Source of the DNA: a phage
Sequence record: PZ445517.1
Strand: one strand, 5' to 3'
Length of the DNA stretch: 64,000 nucleotides
The position numbers and the translations under genes were made by a program. The notes under the pieces were generated by a model. That model saw only the letters and a program-made list of their open reading frames with translations, was not told the DNA's origin and made no database searches. The stretch's first letter is position 1, and every line of letters begins with the position of its first letter. Shown here one piece after another: positions 1 through 9,359 of this stretch.

Positions 1-147
1 CTGAATAACTTCCATTGCGTTATCAGAAAGAGATAAAACCCATGCTCGACGAATTTTATTTTGGTTTTGTGGATTTGATTCAGAACGCACGTGTTTTGGC
101 TGAATATCTTTTACGTCAACAGTATAATTCACAGTAATTTTAGTCAT
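1..147 (-). CDS. hypothetical protein, N-terminal part only (ORF runs off window start)
   Basis: ATG at 145-147 preceded by AAGGTG; open frame to position 1 on minus strand; product not recognised. Confidence 0.35.
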
Positions 148-156
148 AATACACCT

Positions 157-348
157 TTAGTCATAATAATCAGTAACAGTCCAAGCTTCATTTCTATTGG
201 ACATTATTTTTGTATATTCTGCTTTAAATGCATTCCTAAGCATAGATTCAGTAACTATATGCTCTTCATTAGAAAAATTATTTCTCAGAATATATCGTTT
301 TATTTCAGGAAAAGTTAATAAATGCTGTCCAGTTGAATATTCTGCCAC
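157..348 (-). CDS. small hypothetical protein (63 aa)
   Basis: track ORF; position matches the small ORFs between genes 45 and 46 in T4-like phages; start not verified. Confidence 0.35.
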   Translation of the reverse strand: MAEYSTGQHLLTFPEIKRYILRNNFSNEEHIVTESMLRNAFKAEYTKIMSNRNEAWTVTDYYD

Positions 349-358
349 AGTTCCTCCG

Positions 359-366
359 TATAAATA
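359..366 (+). promoter_or_regulatory. T4-type late promoter (TATAAATA)
   Basis: exact TATAAATA 33 nt upstream of the HNH ATG, followed by AAGGAT Shine-Dalgarno. Confidence 0.5.
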
Positions 367-399
367 TGTTTATCACTCGCTGTATCAAAAGGATATGTT

Positions 400-1116
400 A
401 TGAATTATAAACTAATTTATGAAAAGTTAATCTCTAATGCTAAATCTCGAAAACTTGATTGTTATACTGAATCTCATCACATTATACCACGCTGTTTAAA
501 TGGCAGCGATGATGCTTCAAACTTAGTAGATTTAACACCAGAAGAGCACTATGTAGCTCATCAACTTTTAGTAAAAATTTATCCTTCTGAACCAAAATTA
601 GTCTATGCTGCTAACATGATGACAGTTTCTACGAAATACGCTAAACGCAACAATAAAACTTTCGGTTGGATTCGTCGTAAACTCTGGGAAATAGAAAAGA
701 ATAAAGAATTCTCCCAGGAGACACGAAAGAAAATGTCTGATGCAGTAGCTAATAAAGCAAGACTAACTTGTCCTCATTGCGGTAAGTCTGGATTAAGCGG
801 GAATATGAATCGTTGGCATTTTGATAACTGCCCAAATCACCCTAATCCTAAAGTTAGACCACCAATGTCTAAAGAACACAGAAATAATATCTCAAACGGG
901 CTTAAAGCAATCGTTCTTGAAGAAACATCCTGCGAATTCTGCGGAATGATAGGCAAGAAATGCGTTATCGCAGCGCATAGAAATTTCTGCAAGAAAAATC
1001 CAAATGGACGCAAGAAAACTGAAAAGACTGGTACTTGCGTCCATTGTGGTAAAGTTACCACTTTCGGAAATTTATCAAGATGGCATAATGATAACTGTAA
1101 ATATAAACTTAGCTAA
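400..1116 (+). CDS. HNH homing endonuclease with C-terminal triple zinc-ribbon repeat
   Basis: ATG start; N-terminal HHIIPRCLNGSDDASNLVDLTPEEHYVAH motif; three C-x2-CG...RWH.DNC repeats; opposite strand to all flanking early genes. Confidence 0.85.
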   Translation: MNYKLIYEKLISNAKSRKLDCYTESHHIIPRCLNGSDDASNLVDLTPEEHYVAHQLLVKIYPSEPKLVYAANMMTVSTKYAKRNNKTFGWIRRKLWEIEKNKEFSQETRKKMSDAVANKARLTCPHCGKSGLSGNMNRWHFDNCPNHPNPKVRPPMSKEHRNNISNGLKAIVLEETSCEFCGMIGKKCVIAAHRNFCKKNPNGRKKTEKTGTCVHCGKVTTFGNLSRWHNDNCKYKLS

Positions 1117-2797
1117 TCTTAGCTAAACTAAATCTACCAACTTTTTCCATCTGAATATGCTGACCATATTCTTGTGGGTCATGGTCTTTATGTGAAATTA
1201 TGAAGAAGTTGGTATCCTTCAAACCATCTAAAATTTTAGCTACATTTTTAATACCTTCAGCATCAAATGCACCGTCATACACTTCATCAAGAAATAAACA
1301 ACTTATTTTAACACCTGAAACTTTTTCAGCAATATCACGCCAAGTAAATAAAAGAGCAATATCAATTCGCGCTTTTTCACCTTGACTGAATGAAGCATAA
1401 CTAAAATCTTCACGACCACGGGATTTAATTGTCTCATTAAATTCTTCATCTAATGTAAACACATAATCCGCTTCCATTATTTTAAGATAATGGTTAATCT
1501 GCTTATTAAATAATGGAATGTACTTTTTAATAATAGCACCTTTAATACCAGAATCTTTGAGCATATCAGTCAAAATTCCTCGGTGGTATTTTTCCATTAC
1601 TAAATTAGTTTTTGTCTTAACAATTTTATCAAGTTCTTCTTGAAGCAGTGCTATTTCATCAGCATGGTCAATAAACTCAGAAGATGCTTTTTCTATAGCT
1701 GCTTTAACTTTTTTAGCTTTATCTACTGTCGTGATTAGAGATTGCTTTTTATTGCGAATATCATTTGCTAACGACTGCTGGGTTTTAATATTATCTCGGT
1801 ATTCATCAACAAGAACTTTTAAATTATCACGGTGTGTTGAAAGCTGTTCAAACGAATGCGTACATTCAGAAACTTTATCTTTAATTTTAGAAACAACTTT
1901 ATCACCGGAACTTAATTGTGACAAGCAGGTTGGACATAATCCACCTTCGTGATACATATTAATGACTTTATTATACGAGTCAATTTTTGATTTAATTAAA
2001 ACTGCTTCTTGACCGATTTTATTAAATGCATCAGTCGGGTCTTCATCTAAAACAATATTAACTAATCTTTCATTAGCTTCTTCTATTTCCGATTTTAGCG
2101 TTCTAGCTTCTTTTGCCAAATCATCATACATATTTTGAAGACGAGTAAGGTTGTCACCCGTTAATTTTTTCTGGCGTTCAACGTTATCATTATATATTTT
2201 AATTTGTTGGATAATACTATCTTTTTTAACATCAAGCACTTGGTTTTGTGAATTTAATTCACGTATTAGCGCTTTATTAAGCTTATCCATTTCAGCTAAT
2301 GTTCCTACCTCAAGCAGGTCTTCCACAAGCTTTCTTCGCGCAGGGGTCGACAAACCCATGAAAGGGGTATACCCTGCTGTACCAAGAACAACAATCTGCT
2401 TGAAACTGGCATATGACATTCCGATAAGCTGTTCAAATTCTGCTTGGAAATCTTTACTGCTGGCAGATTCATTAAGACGTGTACCGTTAACGGTGATTTC
2501 GAAAACGTTTGGTTTTTGTCCTCTTTTGATATAGTACTTTTTCTCATCATATTCCATCCACAATTCAACTAAAAGTTCTTTCTTATTTGTGCTGTTTATT
2601 AATTGACCTTTCTTTACATCACGAAATGGCTTGCCAAAAAGCCCAAATGTGATGGCTTCTAACATAGTAGACTTACCACCGCCATTTCGGCCAGTAATAA
2701 GAGTTTTTTGAACCTTATCTAATTGAATGTCAATAGGATTTCCACCTACTGACATTATATTTTGATACCTAACTCGGTTTAGTTTAAAATTCTTCAC
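1109..2797 (-). CDS. 46: gp46 recombination endonuclease ATPase subunit (Rad50/SbcC-like)
   Basis: 562 aa; Walker A GRNGGGKST, long coiled-coil, CPTC zinc hook, C-terminal FLDEVYDGAFD; GTG start with AAGGAA SD. Confidence 0.95.
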   Translation of the reverse strand: MKNFKLNRVRYQNIMSVGGNPIDIQLDKVQKTLITGRNGGGKSTMLEAITFGLFGKPFRDVKKGQLINSTNKKELLVELWMEYDEKKYYIKRGQKPNVFEITVNGTRLNESASSKDFQAEFEQLIGMSYASFKQIVVLGTAGYTPFMGLSTPARRKLVEDLLEVGTLAEMDKLNKALIRELNSQNQVLDVKKDSIIQQIKIYNDNVERQKKLTGDNLTRLQNMYDDLAKEARTLKSEIEEANERLVNIVLDEDPTDAFNKIGQEAVLIKSKIDSYNKVINMYHEGGLCPTCLSQLSSGDKVVSKIKDKVSECTHSFEQLSTHRDNLKVLVDEYRDNIKTQQSLANDIRNKKQSLITTVDKAKKVKAAIEKASSEFIDHADEIALLQEELDKIVKTKTNLVMEKYHRGILTDMLKDSGIKGAIIKKYIPLFNKQINHYLKIMEADYVFTLDEEFNETIKSRGREDFSYASFSQGEKARIDIALLFTWRDIAEKVSGVKISCLFLDEVYDGAFDAEGIKNVAKILDGLKDTNFFIISHKDHDPQEYGQHIQMEKVGRFSLAKIS

Positions 2798-3057
2798 AAA
2801 AGATTCCTTTTAATGTATCTTTTAGACCATTCTATCATATCATCATAATCTAAAAAGTATTCATCAAATTCAGCCATGCAAACAACACCTTGTGCTGCTT
2901 TTGATGTGATATAAATTATTCCAACATATCTAGAATCTTCTTCGGTATAATCAATATTTGCTATGAATTCATCATTAATGTCAAATGTCGAAAACTTCAC
3001 AGTATGCATCCTTAATACAAGATACAGCCATATCTCGTAATGATTTAGGTGTGTCAT
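2794..3057 (-). CDS. hypothetical protein (46.1 position)
   Basis: track ORF between genes 46 and 47; start may be an internal Met. Confidence 0.45.
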   Translation of the reverse strand: MTHLNHYEIWLYLVLRMHTVKFSTFDINDEFIANIDYTEEDSRYVGIIYITSKAAQGVVCMAEFDEYFLDYDDMIEWSKRYIKRNLL

Positions 3058-3244
3058 TATCTAAAATGTTGAAGTTAAAAGATACAGCCCAGTCAGTGCA
3101 GACTGTAACCTTTTTAATACAATTATCTTCAACCTCTAGCGGTTCAAACCAATATTCAATAATTTCTTTATGACCAATATCATCTTTTACTTCGCATTCA
3201 AAATGCTGACTCATCATAACATTTTTAAATTCATCAAAAGTCAT
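2981..3244 (-). CDS. hypothetical protein (46.2 position)
   Basis: track ORF; stop overlaps next gene; acidic small protein. Confidence 0.45.
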   Translation of the reverse strand: MTFDEFKNVMMSQHFECEVKDDIGHKEIIEYWFEPLEVEDNCIKKVTVCTDWAVSFNFNILDNDTPKSLRDMAVSCIKDAYCEVFDI

Positions 3245-4260
3245 TGTGTTGCCTCTACATATAGCTGATTCGCATATTGAATAAGTGCTTCACGGTCAGA
3301 ATCAGTGATGTCTGGAATTGCATTAATGTATTCTTCCATCAACGTCTGAAGAGATTGAACTTCAACTTCTTCACTTTCATCTGACTCGACAGAGTTATCA
3401 ATTTTTGACACAACTCGTAATGAATGCACAACTTTTTCTAGTTCAGATTCGAACTTCGTCAGATTTTTGTCTACCTCAGTTACTATAACACGTACTGATA
3501 GATTTGTAAAATCTTTATAGTCAATTTTTCCTTTAAATGGATAATGAATTCTACGATGCCAGGTAGTATTGTTTGGAATAAATTCCATTCGTTCTGTTTC
3601 TGTATCAAACATCCAGAACCCACGAGGGTCATTCTCGTCACCTGCAGTTAGTGTCCATGGTGTCCCAATATATCTGACGTTAGCAGCCTCAGAGATAGTA
3701 TGGAAGTGACCAGACCACACTTCTTTATAAGTCTTAAGGAAATCAGGTTCAAGACCATGAGATTTCATTCCTTTATAAAAATAAAATCCGTTCAGTTCCC
3801 AGTGACCAACGCAAAAAGAAGCAGATGAAGTTTTGATGTGTTCAAGAATTTCACCAGTATTTTCTTCACACATCCAAGGAATTAAATCAATTAAACATCC
3901 GTCAAAATCTACTGTAGTAGGCTTATCATACACTTTAACATTAGGATATTTAGCCAAAAGCTCAGTAGAGGCATTTGGATGCATTACATTTTTATAGTGG
4001 AGATCGTGATTTCCTACAATAGTATGTAATGTAATTCCAGCATCATCAAGCGTTTGAACTATTTCACGAGCGAACTCCATAGTTTTATGTGTGATTGCTT
4101 TTCGCACATCAAAAATATCACCATATTGAATCCATACAGTAATTCCATTTTTCTTAGAATATTCTATCGCTTGCTTAATTCCATCAATTTGAATACCGCG
4201 AATCCACTCATCATCGGCTTTAACGCCTAAATGCCAATCACCTAAATTTAAAATTTTCAT
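3241..4260 (-). CDS. 47: gp47 recombination endonuclease nuclease subunit (Mre11/SbcD-like)
   Basis: 339 aa; phosphoesterase motifs GDWHLG, GDIFD, GNHD, GHFH; ATG verified at 4258-4260. Confidence 0.95.
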   Translation of the reverse strand: MKILNLGDWHLGVKADDEWIRGIQIDGIKQAIEYSKKNGITVWIQYGDIFDVRKAITHKTMEFAREIVQTLDDAGITLHTIVGNHDLHYKNVMHPNASTELLAKYPNVKVYDKPTTVDFDGCLIDLIPWMCEENTGEILEHIKTSSASFCVGHWELNGFYFYKGMKSHGLEPDFLKTYKEVWSGHFHTISEAANVRYIGTPWTLTAGDENDPRGFWMFDTETERMEFIPNNTTWHRRIHYPFKGKIDYKDFTNLSVRVIVTEVDKNLTKFESELEKVVHSLRVVSKIDNSVESDESEEVEVQSLQTLMEEYINAIPDITDSDREALIQYANQLYVEATQ

Positions 4261-4397
4261 ATATCAAGAACCGTCATTGAAATGCAAAATAAAATTATTG
4301 AAATAAACCCATCTGGTGTGCTAAAGAACCCAATCCAACATGCTCTAGTGAATAGATAAAATGCAAGAAAAAGTATCACATATCCAAGAAATATCAT
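4257..4397 (-). CDS. small hydrophobic protein, 46 aa (47.1 position)
   Basis: manually translated MIFLGYVILFLAFYLFTRACWIGFF...; stop overlaps gene 47 ATG (ATGA); below track size cutoff. Confidence 0.35.
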   Translation of the reverse strand: MIFLGYVILFLAFYLFTRACWIGFFSTPDGFISIILFCISMTVLDI

Positions 4398-4420
4398 TAT
4401 ATCAAACTCCGTATAAAGCT

Positions 4421-4438
4421 AAAGGGCCGAAGCCCTTT
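4421..4438 (-). terminator. UUCG-tetraloop hairpin (GGGC-UUCG-GCCC) after a-gt
   Basis: plus aaagggccgaagcccttt immediately after the a-gt stop; A/U flanks. Confidence 0.45.
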
Positions 4439-5639
4439 ATTTTGTAATAATGTCAAACTGTTCTTTAAAGCAGAAGCTTGAATCTTGATGCTGATACAAA
4501 AATTCATATGCTTTTTCTCGCTCACGGTCATAAAGAGCTCGGTCAGATGACAGTTCTTTAATACGTTCAAATGTTGATTCCATATCATTTTCATCAAACC
4601 AAATGATACCGCTATCATGCGAGGTCAAAGGAGTATTATCAACACGGAATTTTAAATTTTCGCCAGTAGATTTCCAAAATACCGGAATTGTTCCACATGC
4701 ACCAAGCTCGAGATGAGTATATTCTAAAGAACGTTGTAGATATTTTTTGTCCAACTTACTCAGCTGATAACCAAATCCGGATTTACTCATGCGTTCAAGC
4801 ATTTCGCTATTTACATAACGGTCAAGAATTTGCGTTGGCAAATTAGGAGCAATTTTAATTTGGTCTACTTGATGAAGACGATAATACTCGTATGGAATTC
4901 CTTTTTCTTTAATAGGAATGAACGCTGGAGAACGTTCCAGACCTTCCATAATAGTACTTAGTCCTGCAGGTTTAAGATGTTTTTCGTGAAAATCAAACAT
5001 CTGATAAAAACCTTTCCATGTAGTCGTACGACCAATCCAACGGTTGATATTCATGTTAATTTCAGAAACATCTTTCCAGTAGGTTGACCGAACCTTCGCA
5101 ATATCCATAGGAGGCTGAAAGTTATATACTGTCGGTGCTTCTTCAATATCATCAAACAGAGAAACTGTTTCTGGATACCATTCTTTCATCAGAACTTTAT
5201 TAAAATCGCCATTATCAGAATGACTAAAAATAACATCAGCTCGACGAACAGTTTCTTCTAATCCCAAATTTCGGCGCAAAGAAAGAGAAGAATGGTCATG
5301 TTGATAAACTACAACACGAACAGAAGGTTTAATGTTATCAATAATTTTTTTATAGTTATTAATAGTGTCTTCTTCAACCGAAGTAGCAGGAACTGAATTG
5401 ATAATTAGAATATCACAATCATTTACCAGCTTAAGTGTTTTATCATATTCTTTTGCCAATAAAACCGGAATTGAAAATGATTTATAATCATGCGCGCAAT
5501 TACGAGTAAATGATTTATCTTTAGCATAAACCAAAGTTACTTCATGACCATTTTTAATAAACCAATCACGTTGCTCAAGAGAAAATTTAGTTACACCACA
5601 ACCTTCAAGACCTCGAGCCATAAAAATACATACTTTCAT
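4437..5639 (-). CDS. a-gt: DNA alpha-glucosyltransferase
   Basis: 400 aa, matches my recall of T4 AGT (FMARGLEGCGVTKFSLEQRDWF...); ATG verified. Confidence 0.92.
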   Translation of the reverse strand: MKVCIFMARGLEGCGVTKFSLEQRDWFIKNGHEVTLVYAKDKSFTRNCAHDYKSFSIPVLLAKEYDKTLKLVNDCDILIINSVPATSVEEDTINNYKKIIDNIKPSVRVVVYQHDHSSLSLRRNLGLEETVRRADVIFSHSDNGDFNKVLMKEWYPETVSLFDDIEEAPTVYNFQPPMDIAKVRSTYWKDVSEINMNINRWIGRTTTWKGFYQMFDFHEKHLKPAGLSTIMEGLERSPAFIPIKEKGIPYEYYRLHQVDQIKIAPNLPTQILDRYVNSEMLERMSKSGFGYQLSKLDKKYLQRSLEYTHLELGACGTIPVFWKSTGENLKFRVDNTPLTSHDSGIIWFDENDMESTFERIKELSSDRALYDREREKAYEFLYQHQDSSFCFKEQFDIITK

Positions 5640-5690
5640 TTAATATCCTCTTTGTTTTGGTTTATTTTACCAAAAATTTATAAAGCAATA

Positions 5691-5708
5691 TAGGAGCCGA
5701 AGCTCCTA
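5691..5708 (-). terminator. UUCG-tetraloop hairpin (GGAGC-UUCG-GCUCC)
   Basis: plus ataggagccgaagctcctat between small ORF and a-gt. Confidence 0.4.
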
Positions 5709-5879
5709 TCCACATAATACGCCATACAGAGGCTCGTTAGAACTTTTAAATTTTATGCGCTTATATGTTATAGTTCCTTCTGCTTTAGCTTTATCATGAG
5801 ACTCTTTAAAGCGTCTCATCATTTCCTCTTTAGAGGAACGAATTTTATTATAATCTATTTCAGAAGTCTGGATGTTCAT
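5706..5879 (-). CDS. hypothetical protein (57 aa)
   Basis: manually translated MNIQTSEIDYNKIRSSKEEMMRRFKESHDK...; ATG at 5877-5879; weak SD. Confidence 0.3.
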   Translation of the reverse strand: MNIQTSEIDYNKIRSSKEEMMRRFKESHDKAKAEGTITYKRIKFKSSNEPLYGVLCG

Positions 5880-5882
5880 CTT

Positions 5883-6089
5883 TCACAGTTGCCACCATTT
5901 TTTGACTTGATAAGAATCAACCCACACTTTCATATTAGGGTCTGCTCTTACAATAGGAGGATTAACTTCTTTAATTGAACTATCATGGTATTCTTTTTCA
6001 GAAATTTTCACACAAAGATGACCATTCAAAGATTCAGTAAATCCTGCATTAATTTTAAGACGCTTGAATTTTACGTGTGTAAGCATCAA
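5883..6089 (-). CDS. hypothetical protein (68 aa)
   Basis: track ORF in a-gt to gene 55 interval. Confidence 0.4.
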   Translation of the reverse strand: MMLTHVKFKRLKINAGFTESLNGHLCVKISEKEYHDSSIKEVNPPIVRADPNMKVWVDSYQVKKWWQL

Positions 6090-6372
6090 TCATATCCTCA
6101 ATCTGTGATCTAGTAGTCTTCCAAAGAATACTAATGAGTTCATCGTTATATGGTTGTTTTAGAATATCCCGACTTTTCTTGATAGCATATTCGTATTGAG
6201 CAAAATTATTGTTTTCAGCTGCAATCTGAGCGTGCTTATAAAGACGATTCAGTTCGCGTTTGTTTTTAGACAATAACTTATTTGCTTTTCTTTCTGCTTC
6301 AAGACGGTTCTTTTCTTCAATAGAAGAAATAAGCTTTTCCACTTCATCATTAATTTCGGGTTTATCAGTCAT
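6055..6372 (-). CDS. hypothetical coiled-coil protein (105 aa)
   Basis: track ORF; K/E-rich helical sequence. Confidence 0.5.
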   Translation of the reverse strand: MTDKPEINDEVEKLISSIEEKNRLEAERKANKLLSKNKRELNRLYKHAQIAAENNNFAQYEYAIKKSRDILKQPYNDELISILWKTTRSQIEDMIDAYTRKIQAS

Positions 6373-6373
6373 A

Positions 6374-6592
6374 TTATTTCTCTAATATAAAATAAAAATC
6401 ATCATCTGTTAAATGATACCGATAGTTTAATTCTACACCATTAGATTTAAAAGCGGTATCATACGGATTTTCTGGATCAATATCAATGTCAAGAGCTAAA
6501 ACTTCCCTGAGATACATTTTAAGTAAATAGGGAATAGCTTCAACTTCAGGTATTTCTTCCAAGAATCCGGAGAGGTTAATCGTTAGCCTCAT
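6374..6592 (-). CDS. hypothetical protein
   Basis: track ORF trimmed to ATG at 6590-6592 ([10 protein letters not shown]...); overlaps the gene 55 stop. Confidence 0.4.
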
Positions 6593-7133
6593 ATAAAAAA
6601 TCCAAACTAGGAGAATCATCTACAACACTTTTCTTTTCAGCCCCCGGTGTTCTATAGGTTGATTCTTCGTAATGCGTCATTTTATCGTAGATGTCTTGAA
6701 TAAAAGTTTCATCTACTAACGCAACCATATCGTCGTCACGGCTGTCATAGACATTGTGAACGAAGTAACTATATTTCTTTGCAACTTCCTTACGTTCTTT
6801 TTTAATACGTTGGACGAATGCATTAAAACAAGCTTGAGTTATATATGCATGTGGGTTTTTATATTTCGTTTCATCAAAATTATGAAGCCCCTTAATAGAA
6901 GCTTCTATACCATCTGCAATCATTTCTTGTTTCCAAGACTGGGTGTATCCTGAAAAGTTGAAACGTTTAGATAAGCCTTCTGCAATAAGCATAATGGCTA
7001 ATCCGATAGTATCATTCTGACGAACTACTTTATTTGGGTCTTTATTATTTGCTAATTCTGTTTTCCAATCAATAATAGCTTGTAAAAGCTCTTTATTGTT
7101 TACGTAATTATATTTAGGCTTAGTTTCTGACAT
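6576..7133 (-). CDS. 55: gp55 sigma factor for late transcription
   Basis: 185 aa from ATG at 7131-7133 ([21 protein letters not shown]...), GAGGTG SD 9 nt upstream; track start was an upstream GTG. Confidence 0.95.
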
Positions 7134-7211
7134 TTTCACCTCTTAGCTCAATTCATAGATCTATTATATCATAATATTTGAAGATCTATCTTAAAGCATA
7201 GAGGATATCAG

Positions 7212-7481
7212 TTATCTAAGTAAACAGTATGCTTGGAATACTTTTTCCATCATCTTTTTAAATTCATGAATATCTATATAATGACTAGTTAGATCAGCAT
7301 GATATAAAAAGTCTAAAAACTTTTCATGTGTGCTAACATATTCGCTTTCATTTAATTCAGAAACATGGCTTTCCCAATATCCAACACCAGTCTTATTTGG
7401 GAAAAATGAAATTTTCATGCATTGATCAACATAGAAAATGCCATAATTTTCAATAGTAATAGAAATATTAATAAATTTCAT
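7212..7481 (-). CDS. hypothetical protein (89 aa)
   Basis: track ORF, 55.x interval. Confidence 0.45.
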   Translation of the reverse strand: MKFINISITIENYGIFYVDQCMKISFFPNKTGVGYWESHVSELNESEYVSTHEKFLDFLYHADLTSHYIDIHEFKKMMEKVFQAYCLLR

Positions 7482-7693
7482 ACATTCATCAGCTTAGCCG
7501 CTCCAAGAGCTGCATCTAGTGAATCAAATTGGTCAACATATTCAATCAATTCGCCGTAATTGGCATATAACCACCATTGGCTAAATTCATACTCAAGGAT
7601 GAATCCATTTCCTTCAATTTGAGTTAAACCAATGTCATTTGTATTTACTTCATACCCAGCGAGACGTAAATCGTTAATAAGAGCTTCGTTCAT
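7478..7693 (-). CDS. hypothetical protein (71 aa)
   Basis: track ORF; stop overlaps next start. Confidence 0.45.
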   Translation of the reverse strand: MNEALINDLRLAGYEVNTNDIGLTQIEGNGFILEYEFSQWWLYANYGELIEYVDQFDSLDAALGAAKLMNV

Positions 7694-7695
7694 AA

Positions 7696-8022
7696 TTATA
7701 CCTTAGTAATTTTCAGGTCTGCAAATTTTTTCTTGCGTTGATTTTTCATGCGACGAATAGTTTTATCGGAAATTTCATGCTTTTGATAAGCTTTAGATTC
7801 TACACCAAAAGCTTTAACATCAAATTCTGACAAGATATATTGAACCAACAATTCACGGATAGTATTACGTCCAATCTTCTGATCATTCTGTTTCATCGTC
7901 TGATGAAGCTCTTTTTCCCATTTATCCAAAATTTGAGGAGTTACAATATCGCCTTTTTCTAGCAAAGAAACTACTTTATCATATGCGTAAGAATTGATGG
8001 CGTTTTTAATTTGAATAGTCAT
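7696..8022 (-). CDS. hypothetical protein (108 aa)
   Basis: track ORF. Confidence 0.5.
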   Translation of the reverse strand: MTIQIKNAINSYAYDKVVSLLEKGDIVTPQILDKWEKELHQTMKQNDQKIGRNTIRELLVQYILSEFDVKAFGVESKAYQKHEISDKTIRRMKNQRKKKFADLKITKV

Positions 8023-8060
8023 ACATTATTCTCAATTACGTTAAAATTTTATTATCCAAA

Positions 8061-8076
8061 AAGGGCCGAAGCCCTT
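8061..8076 (-). terminator. UUCG-tetraloop hairpin (GGGC-UUCG-GCCC)
   Basis: plus aagggccgaagccctt directly after the stop of ORF 8075-8275. Confidence 0.4.
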
Positions 8077-8275
8077 AGCTAAACTTTTTGGCACCCTTCC
8101 AGCCTTCATACATCATTGCGGCTGATATTAATATTGCTCCTGAGCAACTTGAATATTTGTGATTCCAAAACCAGTTTAGAAAAACTTCGTCATCAATACC
8201 TTGGGCTATCATATTTTCAAAGAACTGACGACGAGCTTCGGCAATTCGCTGCGATAATTTAGATTCAGGATTCAT
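8075..8275 (-). CDS. hypothetical protein (66 aa)
   Basis: track ORF. Confidence 0.45.
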   Translation of the reverse strand: MNPESKLSQRIAEARRQFFENMIAQGIDDEVFLNWFWNHKYSSCSGAILISAAMMYEGWKGAKKFS

Positions 8276-8407
8276 TTAAATTTTCCAGTTACCATTTTCA
8301 TCAATAAATTTAATCCAGTCATTTACTGACCACTTAGTTGTATCACCTTTTGGAGTAACATTTAAAGTGTATAACCCCTGCTTAAAAAGCATTCGTTTGA
8401 TATTCAT
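8276..8407 (-). CDS. small hypothetical protein (43 aa)
   Basis: track ORF trimmed to internal ATG with GAGGA SD to remove overlap with upstream gene. Confidence 0.3.
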   Translation of the reverse strand: MNIKRMLFKQGLYTLNVTPKGDTTKWSVNDWIKFIDENGNWKI

Positions 8408-8414
8408 ATTTTCC

Positions 8415-8708
8415 TCAGCTGTAACGATAACACTCGTTTGATTTACGTTTAGCAACTCGTTGAGAAGTATTATAATCAAAATCATCGTCAATGTAAACTG
8501 ATTTTTTCAACTTTCTTACTTCACCGCGTAATTGACGATTTAGCTCATCTTTAACTTCTGAATCAATACCTTTCATTCTACGCCATTTATCTGAGCGAAA
8601 AATGTTTTCAACCATATCTTTATGACTTACACCATCAGGAGCTTTACGCTTTCCGAAATAGTCATAATCACGTACTTTTAAATCTTTACGACGATACGTT
8701 TTACCCAT
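8415..8708 (-). CDS. hypothetical basic protein
   Basis: ATG at 8706-8708 (MGKTYRRKDLK...) overlapping the upstream stop; R/K-rich. Confidence 0.45.
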   Translation of the reverse strand: MGKTYRRKDLKVRDYDYFGKRKAPDGVSHKDMVENIFRSDKWRRMKGIDSEVKDELNRQLRGEVRKLKKSVYIDDDFDYNTSQRVAKRKSNECYRYS

Positions 8709-8877
8709 GGAGTTTAATTTCCTTAGCAACTGAACTAAATACAGCACGATCACAAACCATGCGTTTGTTCCATTTAATCACAGTATAATGAACATCTAGA
8801 TCATCGACTGCTGTAACAATAACGATATGTCCGTTAACACGATAGTACTGGTCAATTTTAATCTCTTTATCAACCAT
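8701..8877 (-). CDS. hypothetical protein (58 aa)
   Basis: manually translated MVDKEIKIDQYYRVNGHIVIVTAVDD...; first gene after the early promoter at 8905-8940. Confidence 0.4.
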   Translation of the reverse strand: MVDKEIKIDQYYRVNGHIVIVTAVDDLDVHYTVIKWNKRMVCDRAVFSSVAKEIKLHG

Positions 8878-8904
8878 ATCAATTCCTCAAAGGTAATTCA
8901 TATG

Positions 8905-8940
8905 TTAATAATACCACGGTTTGAACCTGTTGTAAACAAC
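8905..8940 (-). promoter_or_regulatory. T4-type early promoter
   Basis: minus strand GTTTACA - 17 nt - TGgTATTAT; plus shows ataataccac...tgtaaac. Confidence 0.55.
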
Positions 8941-9016
8941 TTTGTGAAAAATATTTTAGGGAATGATAAGAAAGGAACGATAGCTTAGAATGGTAATATA
9001 CAGAATGTGAGAAAGA

Positions 9017-9033
9017 AAGGCCCAGAGGGCCCG
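9017..9033 (-). terminator. intrinsic terminator-like hairpin after nrdH
   Basis: GGCCC-UCU-GGGCC stem followed by UUUCUUUCU on minus strand. Confidence 0.45.
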
Positions 9034-9035
9034 TC

Positions 9036-9359
9036 TTAATCTTCTATGATATCTCTATCATATCCAAGTGAAATGAGAGTTTCTTTGAAGTGTTTAATGT
9101 TCTTTTGTCTAGAATCATTAATGAAAATGACTGGATAACGAATGTTAAGAGATGTGAATCCAGCGCGTTTAGCAAGAGATACAATCAGTGGACGATCATA
9201 CTCAATCTTACCGTTATTTGTAAGAACTTTATAGAAAGTAAAAGGAGCATTGAGCTCCTTTAGAAGTTTTGTAACTGATTGACATCCAGGACAACGACCT
9301 ACTTCATCTGGAATTCCATAGACTTCAATCTTATTCTTTAAGTTCGAGTTTTGTTCCAC
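9036..9359 (-). CDS. nrdH: NrdH-like glutaredoxin
   Basis: KIEVYGIPDEVGRCPGCQSV redox motif and glutaredoxin fold; no in-frame ATG, start assigned to GTG at 9357-9359 with AAGGAA upstream; start uncertain. Confidence 0.65.
   Translation of the reverse strand: MEQNSNLKNKIEVYGIPDEVGRCPGCQSVTKLLKELNAPFTFYKVLTNNGKIEYDRPLIVSLAKRAGFTSLNIRYPVIFINDSRQKNIKHFKETLISLGYDRDIIED

Noticed and set aside
91-403. Plus-strand track ORFs 91-318 and 197-403 upstream of the HNH gene
   Set aside because: They are antisense overlaps of minus-strand ORFs with low-complexity translations. The late promoter and SD for the HNH gene lie inside them.
1200-2568. Track ORFs 1200-1385, 1731-1952, 2151-2534 (plus) and 2305-2568 (minus) inside gene 46
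   Set aside because: All are embedded in or antisense to the well-supported gp46 frame and show junk-like composition.
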